Positions 40,401 to 64,000 of a stretch of 64,000 nt of DNA are shown here, in pieces. Made by a program: the position numbers and the translations under genes. Origin of the DNA: Iphione sp. A-MEVVRFRX5. Taxonomy: Eukaryota. The DNA lies in NCBI GenBank assembly GCA_976226885.1, contig OZ320323.1, positions 29,140,001 to 29,204,000 of the forward strand. The letters are read 5' to 3'. Position 1 is the first letter of the stretch. The number at the start of each line of letters is the position of its first letter. Below the pieces are notes generated by a model. The model saw nothing but the letters and a program-made list of their open reading frames with translations, ran no database searches and was not told the DNA's origin.

Positions 40401-43400
40401 CCTTTATCCCTCCTCTCTACACACACCCAGTAAAAGATATACTCGTCTATCCAACTCTTACTTTAAGAAATTAAGAAAACATAAAACGACAGAATTAGCA
40501 AACAAGTGGCCACAATGGTGTATCAGATATGGAAAAATCAATGCAGGTCCAGTCACCCCCATTCGACAGCTGGTTTGTGTCCCTGTCACCAGCCCTCATC
40601 TTTGTAGTTCAACCGGTCCCAATTACACTTACAGTAACCAAGTGTTTCACCAAAGCCAGTCCTTTTGGCCAGTCTTCAGAATATCAAGTAAATACTAAAT
40701 TTCAAGCTCTACAGTGGGCACTACCTGTGAGAGGTAGCTTATTCCTTTACTTCAAATTATGGGCTTGCCTCTCAGATAAAACGGGCCTACTGAGCTCATT
40801 TATAAGGTAACCAATACAAATATGACTACAAGGCTTCCTCTACCTGTAACAAATCCGTAGATTACATTAATTTACCAATGAAATGTGATCATGACTTTGT
40901 ACCAGCGGGTATTTGCCACCTGGACCACCTCTGGGAGACACCTGGTGTCTGCCAATGACAGAAGTCCATGTGTATATAAAAGCTGTAAATATTCTACAAC
41001 TCTTGTCTTGTCTATCACTCCATATGGAGTAAGTTGTCTACATTCTAAAAGTTCAGGTCGCTACAAACCTATCTGAGAGATGTCCCAACCTTAATACCAG
41101 GATATATCACAAATCAGTGAATATATCCAACGATGCGATAATTGCTTTTTTCTGTAGCACTGAAATTTCGACCACAAAAGGGGACCACACACCCCGCAGG
41201 GAGATACCACAGTGCACATATTTTCTTCTGAATTATTTTTCTTAGAACACTGCTACATCCTTTATCCCTCCTCTCTACACACACCCAGTAAAAGATATAC
41301 TCGTCTATCCAACTCTTACTTTAAGAAATTAAGAAAACATAAAACGACAGAATTAGCAAACAAGTGGCCACAATGGTGTATCAGATATGGAAAAATCAAT
41401 GCAGGTCCAGTCACCCCCATTCGACAGCTGGTTTGTGTCCCTGTCACCAGCCCTCATCTTTGTAGTTCAACCGGTCCCAATTACACTTACAGTAACCAAG
41501 TGTTTCACCAAAGCCAGTCCTTTTGGCCAGTCTTCAGAATATCAAGTAAATACTAAATTTCAAGCTCTACAGTGGGCACTACCTGTGAGAGGTAGCTTAT
41601 TCCTTTACTTCAAATTATGGGCTTGCCTCTCAGATAAAACGGGCCTACTGAGCTCATTTATAAGGTAACCAATACAAATATGACTACAAGGCTTCCTCTA
41701 CCTGTAACAAATCCGTAGATTACATTAATTTACCAATGAAATGTGATCATGACTTTGTACCAGCGGGTATTTGCCACCTGGACCACCTCTGGGAGACACC
41801 TGGTGTCTGCCAATGACAGAAGTCCATGTGTATATAAAAGCTGTAAATATTCTACAACTCTTGTCTTGTCTATCACTCCATATGGAGTAAGTTGTCTACA
41901 TTCTAAAAGTTCAGGTCGCTTCAAACCTATCTGAGAGATGTCCCAACCTTAATACCAAGATATATCACAAATCAGTGAATATATCCAACGATGCGATAAT
42001 TGCTTTTTTCTGTAGCACTGAAATTTCGACCACAAAAGGGGACTACTCACCCCATGGGGAGATACCACAGTGCAGATCATTACTCCCAAATAGACATAGA
42101 TGGACTTTTCAAAACACTAGTGCATACATGAATTTGCTATTTACTTCTACCACCAATGTAAAAGAACGGACACAAACAGAATAGGGTAAAGTAAACACGG
42201 CCCTTATGGTGATACCACAGTACATTCAAGTATAATATGGCCTAATACCCCATCTTGAACAAAGGAAATGTACAGTGAAATTCAATTACATGCCCGGATG
42301 CGCGGTCGTAGCAACATACCATCCACTAGTTAACAAATTTAGCATTTCATAAACAATCTTCCGGTATTTTTCCTGTTGTTCTATAATCCCCCTCTTAAAG
42401 AAACACAAACGTCAAGTCGTATGGGATGCAACACACTGATTAGCAGGAACAAGACTATTTACAGACATGCAACTTCTGTCGGATACGACGAGTGGTTTGT
42501 CCAACTCAAGCCCATGCCCTCTGTCTCCACAATCATTTTTTAGCCTCCTACATAATATACACTACCCTATGTAACCCCCCCCTTGCATTCATGTTTCTAG
42601 ATGCCAGCCACACACCCCGAACGAGTTAATGCAAAAGGCAGACTTACCCTGACAAGTCTGTATTTGGGCTCCAGCTTCTTGGCCTGGTCTAGATTGTCAT
42701 AAATTAGAGCAAATCCAATGGTCTTGCCACCTCCAAACTGTGTACGGAATCCAAAGCAGAAGACTACATCTGGTGTGGTCTTGTACATGCGTGCCAGCTT
42801 CTCACGGACTTCTGTCTTGGGCACAGTGGCACGTCCAGGATGCAGGACATCGACGACCTGGTAGACATCATTAATACGTCAAATGAGCTTGGGAGGGTGC
42901 TATCAAACAGGCCCGTTACTTTCAGTTCAGTTAAATTCAAATGTCTACATTTAAAAAAAAAACTGCAATTCGCATAGTACCTTGTGTAATTACTACAAAA
43001 TTCATACATGCTTGAAATTATTATTTATATTTGTTTCTATAATATGAATCACAGTATTGCAAACAGATACTGGTTGCCACTTGAGAGACCCGGCATTTGC
43101 AAGGAAAAAAGCAGAATGCATACTGTACTACAAATTGCTAACTACTTCTCAGATGACTTCCATTCAAAACTACTTTTACTTGACATATCCTCAAGGTAAT
43201 TGCTAGAAATAGTCCAATTGGTCGCATAGAGGAGATGGATATATGGATTATTTTGTCCCCATCGACAGAAAACAACAGAGACTGAATATACCCACAAGAA
43301 GATCATGGGTAGGCTTCTGTCTTCGACTGCCAAAGGAGGTAGAATGCTTTTACACACCAATGACTCAAGCACTTCCGATGGTACAACCGTTAAAGTTGCT

Positions 43401-44253
43401 GGACTTCTATCGCCAGAACAAGCAGACAGACTGGTCCCAGAAGTGGATCTAAGGGATGTGTATTGTATATTCAAACATTCCTCTAAAAATTACCTTACGG
43501 AATAGCTGTTCCCATGGACGGCTCCTTTGATTCTAAATATACATCAAGCTCTATCAAAAAATTCCTCAATTACCGTATATACCATCATTTTCAATATTAT
43601 CACGGGAAAATATGTCATCACTGATTTAAGAGTAAAATAAATAAGGTAAGCCATTCAGACGTGGGTTTAAATGCACTTGAATTCGTCATACCATCTGCTT
43701 CCTGCTTAACAGACGATTTGTCAGGAATTTCCTGGTGCGCAAGGTTACGACTCCCTCGCTCTGAAATAAAGAAAAGGGCACAATGTGCAAGAAAAATTGA
43801 ACGCACACCAAAAGTTGCAGCACATATACATGGGCATACAACGGACCGGAGTTGGGAGCATTAACACATGTAACCTGTCGTCACTGTCTTGTCAGTTCTA
43901 AAATGTTGGTCTCTGTTCGTCCGTCTACGATACACAATCTTGACTGCTATTGAATCTTTCTTTTATTTCAATCCGTATGAAATATTTTTTAGTAATGACC
44001 ACTACCATATCCCTAGACTATCATCCCTTGCTTCTTGACAGCGTGCTGAACCGATGAGGGTCCGTCAAACTAGTATGGAGTCGCCTTGTTTACGTTCAGT
44101 TTCGAGGCCAAATAATGGACCCATGAACCAAAATCTTAACATAAAGTCCTTTGCTATATACCATAATTTGTCAATCGGGAACATCTAAGGCTCGATGAAA
44201 AGTTAAGGATCGGATACAGGCAGATAATTGAAGCAAAGTCTGAAACCTACCAT
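37415..44253 (-). CDS. RPS24: 40S ribosomal protein S24 (eS24)
   Basis: ATG-only exon at 44253-44251 (donor gtaggt). Exon 43760-43692 ([23 protein letters not shown]), exon 42857-42648 ([46 protein letters not shown]...RLVR), exon 39107-38994 ([38 protein letters not shown]). The terminal exon is inferred at 37420 (AAA TGA), or alternatively 38535-38500 (GGA AGA TAA). Confidence 0.95.
39362..39500 (-). ncRNA. SNORA8: H/ACA snoRNA, SNORA8/ACA8-like, copy 1 (3'-most in the transcript)
   Basis: Minus strand reads: hairpin CACTG...CAGTG, H box ACAGAA, hairpin CAAT...ATTG with upper stem GGATATA/TGTATCC, then ACA 3 nt from the end. Pockets TGGTATCT/TCG and GCATCGTT/TGGT complement the conserved 18S segments CGA-UC-AGAUACCG and ACCA-UA-AACGAUGC. 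In copies 2-4 both pockets are 16 nt from their box. Confidence 0.85.
40220..40358 (-). ncRNA. SNORA8: H/ACA snoRNA, SNORA8-like, copy 2
   Basis: Same boxes and guide pockets as copy 1, offset by 858 bp. Confidence 0.85.
41078..41216 (-). ncRNA. SNORA8: H/ACA snoRNA, SNORA8-like, copy 3
   Basis: Same boxes and guide pockets, offset by 1716 bp. Confidence 0.85.
41936..42074 (-). ncRNA. SNORA8: H/ACA snoRNA, SNORA8-like, copy 4 (5'-most in the transcript; variant 5' hairpin)
   Basis: Same boxes and pockets. The 5' hairpin reads CCCCATGGGGTGAGTAGTCCCC, keeping the GGGG/CCCC stem while the loop differs. Confidence 0.85.
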
Positions 44254-44263
44254 GGTTGCGGCT

Positions 44264-44308
44264 CAAGATGGCGCTGAAAAAGGCCGGAAAGGACGATGTC
44301 TCGCGAGA
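44264..44308 (-). promoter_or_regulatory. RPS24 core promoter: TCT/5'TOP initiator, YY1-type site and TCTCGCGAGA palindrome
   Basis: Minus-strand cCTTTCC at 44292-44286 fits YC(+1)TYTYY and is followed by a pyrimidine tract. CAAGATGGCG at 44264-44273. TCTCGCGAGA at 44299-44308. Confidence 0.75.
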
Positions 44309-47082
44309 TTGTGAATGAGTGCAATCTGAATCCGCCTTATTATCACTCAGTCATGCTCGCTCAGTCAAGAGGATATCTAAAGAGCCTCCTACTATCAAGT
44401 AGATCCAACTGAGCCCTTAAAAGACTAATTCTGTCGTTGAAACAAACAGTAGATATTTTGAAGGGATTAAAATTTTTCAATGTGACTTTATGTTTTCGAC
44501 ATCTTGGCTGCGTGATGTATATTCAGAAAAAGTGTTTACTTTTGTAAACAATGAAGTAGGGCAATGCATTTACACGCCTCCTTTGAGTGAGATCCATTTT
44601 AAAGACTATAGGCTGTGTCTCATAACTCATTAAGTGTCAGTTACACATCCACTATGCGTAGCGAAACAGTTTTTTGCCTGCACATTTGGTGTTCAGAAAT
44701 ATTTTCTGTTGCACAGTTGCAAAGAGTTACCACGAGTCAAACCGAAAGTCTTGGGGCACTAGTTAGGCTGTTTGTGCACAAGGCATGCTGGGACAGTCGG
44801 TAACATCACCATTTATCGCTCGCAGAGATGTAAACACTGTTCAGTGTTGAAATTCACTGTTCGGTTGTGAAACTGAACTATCACAACTGGTAAGATGAAT
44901 GCTTCGTATTGTTATGGCCTTCATTAGTATTTTTGTAGGTCTCACAGTATGATACGAAGTGTTTAATTGTTTTTCATACTTTGCTGTTTAATGTAAATAG
45001 CACGGGGCTACTGTTGTGAAACACTGGTATTGCCCGTTTTTCTCCCACACATCAGTTACAGGTACAAAAAAAAAGCTCAGGCAGCCCTACGGAATGTGGG
45101 CTCTTCTGTCAGGAAAGAGAATTTAAAAAGAGTACCACACATATACCATCCCAAAGTAAGTAGTTCATGCATTCTACCATTTGCGGCCATAAAACATATA
45201 AAAACTAATTCCTAGTACGTGTTACTGGTGCCACTGAGACCTTTTTTTTATCACCACATGTGAGCACTGGGACGCTGGTCTCAATGTGTCGGTCTAATGC
45301 AGTGAAATTGTCGGCAGGCATCAACTTGTTACGTTGTAGCTACAACCTAGGTGTGTGCTTCCACATCCTCAATTCAAGAGAACCAATTTGCATACTGTGA
45401 GTTTGATCTGGCACTCGAAGGTAATCAAAGATATTCATCAGGACATCCCCCCCCCTACCATCTGATCGAGTCTAGGAAGGTGGGCATTGTGATTGACAAC
45501 TCTCCTAATGTGGCATTGATTGTACGGTATGTGACAAGAGTGCTGAGCACACGCATGTGTGACAAGTTCACTCAGTCCCCACCTGGGCCCCCACCTGGGG
45601 TTACAACTTACAGTACCGGTACTCAGGCCACCAGTGTCTAGGTGCTCGGGTATGCACATCATGTGGCTTGCTTCGAGGCCAGAAGAGGGTCACTATTCCC
45701 TCAGTCCATCTAACAAGCCTAGGCTCCTTTTTGGGATTACAAGGTATTTTACCCACCTTAGGACCTGTGGGCACTGTCTAGGAGGCAGGAAACCACTTTT
45801 AAACCTCAGAGCCAGCCCTCAGAAGAGTTAAAGGCTGGTCATGCCATCGGCCCAGCTGACACAGAATGGTACTAGGGTTGCACACTCACACTCACTGTTG
45901 CTAGCAGGCCATATAATTATTAGAACAGTAGAGGTGCAAACAACCCTTTATTGCGGTGGATTGTCTAATGTTTCAAGGATCAGAATATATAAAATGTGTT
46001 GTCTAATAATCTGAGTTTACAAAGAATTATAGAAAAAAATATGCTATGTATGAATACATATTTAGGCTGTAAAAATCTAGTTTTTGCTTATCTCACTTTT
46101 TAAAAGTATGCTTAATAATAATAAATTCAGTTTTTGACACTTGAATCATTTGGTTGCACCTGCTGCTATATACATCACGTGGCCAGAAAAAATGACCTGT
46201 TCATTTCCTCTTCTTCTGTTCTCAGTTGCCGTTGGGCAAAGAAAGGTGCCCTGTTGTCCATCCACCTCAGAGTCTAGACAGTGCAAATTAAGTATAGTTG
46301 AATGCCAGTTTGTGACCATATCGATGAGTGACCAAAACCACCAATGTGACCATATAAGCTCGGAACGGAAAAATTCATTTCATGAGCAGGGGTGTGGGAG
46401 CAAGCATCAAAGAAGGGTGCATAGACGTGTATCTACAGAGGCCAAACCAGTCTGCGACCACCCTCTGTAGGGTCGTTGTTGTACTTTCATAGCTGCAGAG
46501 CCTCAGAAGTCCTGCAACCTCAGGTGTCACTGTAACCCTTAAGATGTTCGAGCACAAAGAGTTTAAGTGTTATTCATTAATTTATTGCCTAGTGATCAAT
46601 ACCACCAATGCGACCACTTGGGTTGGGAACGAAGGGGTAGTCGTAAATTGGCACTAGCCTGTACTCATTTGCTATGCTTTTAGCATTGAAATCATGGTGA
46701 AAACATATGTCTGTACTGTGAGAAAGTGTGGACAGATTCAAAAGGATTAAGACCAGTCTGAAGCCAATAATCCCCGCTCTTCATCCATATAAGATATTTG
46801 TGTACAGTCCTGATATTTCCTGAGTTTCAGTAACTGGAATTTGCCACAGGAAAATTGTCTGGTGGCAGCCGTTTTACCCTCCTAGAGACTGCAATTCCAC
46901 ATATGCAAACTGCCAAATGAGTACAAGCTATTTGACCAAGCAGTGTATCGGTGCATTTTTATCTTTTCACTTGTTTTGTATTTACTGAAGTGAACATCGC
47001 TGGAAGTATTCATTACCGGGTACAGCGGTGGCGGCAAGTGGGGGAGATTTGGTGAGGGAAGGTGGCTGCACCTGTGGGGACC

Positions 47083-61578
<14,496 letters not shown>

Positions 61579-64000
61579 TGGCCAACTGAGGGATTAACCA
61601 CACCGACAATGTTGAGGCTTACCAGGGTGATACAACTTGGCTGGGCAGTCTGCTTTACACTAGCCAACCCCCCGCCCCCTTCCATCTCTGACCCCTGGGC
61701 AGGTATAGGACCCACCGCAATAACTCCCAGGACATGAGTGTTGGAGAAGACAGTGGTATAACGTTGCCAAGCAGTGTGTCCCAACGCTCACATACCGCAG
61801 TGAATCACAGCAGAAGATGTCAGGGACAACAGGAAGGTTGAATATATGCTTCAAGGTGACACAGCATCAAAACTCCGCCACCACCAGCACAGTGGCTCGC
61901 AGTAGAGCACTCCAGCTTGGCAGAACGGTAGAATAAACACAGTATTGCACAGCAAATGTATAGTAAGACAGAATTGCAGAGTTCTTGCAAGATTTTGAAT
62001 TCAACCACGCAGTTTCATAGGAGACAAGTTGAAGGTAACAAATTAAGAGAACTTAGTAGCTAATATAATTCTCAGTTACTTTCTGACAGAGTCTACTTAC
62101 ACTGGTGTGTGATTGTACAGACTGCCATGGAACATAATGACATTATTGAGCAAGGAAAGACGTCTTCTTTGTTCAGGATTCACACCTGACTTTCAGTCCT
62201 GATGTTCTTCACAGGTGAAGTGTGCTAGACTAGATGGCAATAGTGATATTCACTGAAAACGGAATCATTTTTGGATGTACATGTACATGTACCTGTATAT
62301 AGATTTCCATTATTTACTTAATAGGTAAAACACAATTTACTATGTGGTTTGGTAGGAAAACTGCTTAAATGTTGGATTTGAGGCGAAATTGCGATGACAC
62401 GTAAAAAAAGGAATGCTGTACAAATCGTTTAACTGATTATTCATAAGGGAGCGAAAAGAGAATGCAATAAATAGCATAAGGGAAAGTGGGTTGGTTCGTT
62501 TCAGTAGACTAAGACCAAACTTGATTTGGGATCGTTGGGAAAGTTTCACTCAGTAAAATAGTAACGGCATACTTCCTGTATAAATGCATCAGGAAAATCA
62601 GATTGCTTTGGACAATACAGACAGGAGACAGTCTGCTACCATGCTCGACAACGTCTGCATACATGGAGTCCCACCATAGGAACACCTAGGGCTACAACCG
62701 GTAAGAGTTCTGTGGTCTCCCCTGATATGTATCGAATTGGGTTTTCCCAGAAAACTTCACTGCAAATGTCATACACAAGGGTCGACCATAGATATAACTT
62801 TTAATTTTTGCCGACATACATGTACGTACATATATTCACTGAGATTCTTGAAGGGGTAGCTTTGTTTTATACATTATACTTTCAATAAGTGTTGAACTCC
62901 TCCTCTGTTTCGACACTCACAACAGGAAATTAAGAAGATCGATATTGTGTGTTTTCGTAGAAATGCCTAGTGGTTTATACTTGGGGCCTTTATCAGAGCA
63001 ACTGGTTTCTCGCACTTTCATTTCGTTGAAGTGACTGTGAGGATTTTAGCCAAAGTTATATAAAGAAAAAGAAGTAATTGACCCTACGCCAAGTTGACAA
63101 CCATCCAGTTGCATCGCAGTACGTTTTGCTCTTCCTGACGTTTAAACAGGCCCTCTTCCAATCAGAATGCATTATTTTACAGAAGACGGAAAAAACAGGC
63201 CACGTCACCTGGTAACGGCCAAAGATAGCTCAAGTAATTTAGTTATATCTGCGCCCTAGAATCCTCACCAGTCATAGTGTCCCCAGAAGGATTCGATTCA
63301 ATCCTTCTATGAAGCAAATGGATCTTGGAAAGCGTATCACTGAGGTAGTACTCTCCCCATGCTTTATTTTACTGCTGATATCTTATCATATTGTTTATGT
63401 GAGGATAGTGTATTACGTTTTTAAGCGTTTTTCCATGCAGCTGATACGAGTAAGATTTTGTGTTCTCATTGAAGCCAAAGTGAAAGTTCATAGAAAAAAA
63501 TATTACTGTAATTACATTAAGTGATGTTATCTTAGACGTTGGGAATTCGTTTTGTTTGTCAAATAGATACTTAACACTCCAAAGAAATGCAAAGAAAGCT
63601 CGAATAATCCTTTAGCTATTCCACCCATGATGAGAAATGCAGTTTAGCTAATCTGCTTACAGTGCTAGATACACATGTACTGACGCGCTGTACGCCGACA
63701 CCAATACAGGCGCTGTGTCTAGGAGGTAGCACTGTTTTCTGGTTCATCAATCATGCCTCTCACATTTAGTGTGCACACCTCAGGCATAGAGATGAGGACT
63801 CCGTGGAAATTCTTGGCGCTGGTTTATTTTTTTCTGCTAACACGAGTTCAAGCATAATTTAAACATGAACCGAGGGTTAGAAGGCATTCACAAAGGAGGA
63901 TTTTTTCCTTCGGTCACAGTAGATAATCCAGATGTTTTACTGTTTATATCTTGCGAACATGTTTGTACAACGTAAAAGAAAGATGGGGTTTGCAAGTCAT

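Larger units (their letters stand above)
39345..42075. repeat. 858-bp tandem repeat (three full spacer units, four snoRNA copies) in RPS24 intron 3
   Basis: Landmarks recur at exactly 858 bp (ACA-box complement at 39365, 40223, 41081, 41939). Units differ by scattered substitutions. Confidence 0.97.

Noticed and set aside
39496-41934. Repeated 114-, 93- and 63-aa ORFs within the 858-bp units
   Set aside because: No recognisable motifs, antisense to RPS24, and identical only because of the tandem duplication.
43555-43625. Minus-strand GTGATGA (box C) in RPS24 intron 2
   Set aside because: No canonical CTGA D box at a suitable distance and no rRNA complement I could identify.
62597-62701. Open frame ending in G|gtaaga as the first exon of a further gene
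   Set aside because: No pyrimidine tract, no productive ATG, no recognisable motif and no downstream partner exon in the window.

Overview
AT-rich, intron-rich animal genomic DNA, most likely from a marine invertebrate (inference), with three assembly gaps. Four spliced genes were assembled by hand from splice-phase-consistent exons. (1) The 3' end of COX18 (+, 78-2320). (2) A 26-exon, ~1404-aa secreted mosaic trypsin-fold protein (+, 5945-35274): basic pro-region, SRCR, C-type lectin, kringle, LDLa, PAN, LDLa, SRCR, LDLa, SRCR, trypsin domain. Its catalytic Ser195 is replaced by His (GDHGGP). Its kringle intron holds an intact, very young Ty3/Gypsy LTR retrotransposon (18441-23957; identical LTRs, TCTTC target-site duplication). 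(3) RPS24 (-, 44253 to ~37415). Its third intron carries four SNORA8-like H/ACA snoRNAs at 858-bp periodicity, and the inner copies look like recombinants of the outer two. RPS24 also has candidate poison and alternative C-terminal exons. (4) PARG (+, 47083-61578, 19 exons, ~735 aa), head-to-head with RPS24, with an exact p97/VCP-interacting-motif consensus near its N-terminus. Introns contain several MITE families, minisatellites and duplications that span splice sites. The best candidates for a new system are the single-intron snoRNA array (a possible H/ACA-capped sno-lncRNA), the catalytically dead mosaic protease with convertase-releasable peptides, and the VIM-bearing PARG. Homology calls rest on recalled motifs, not database searches.
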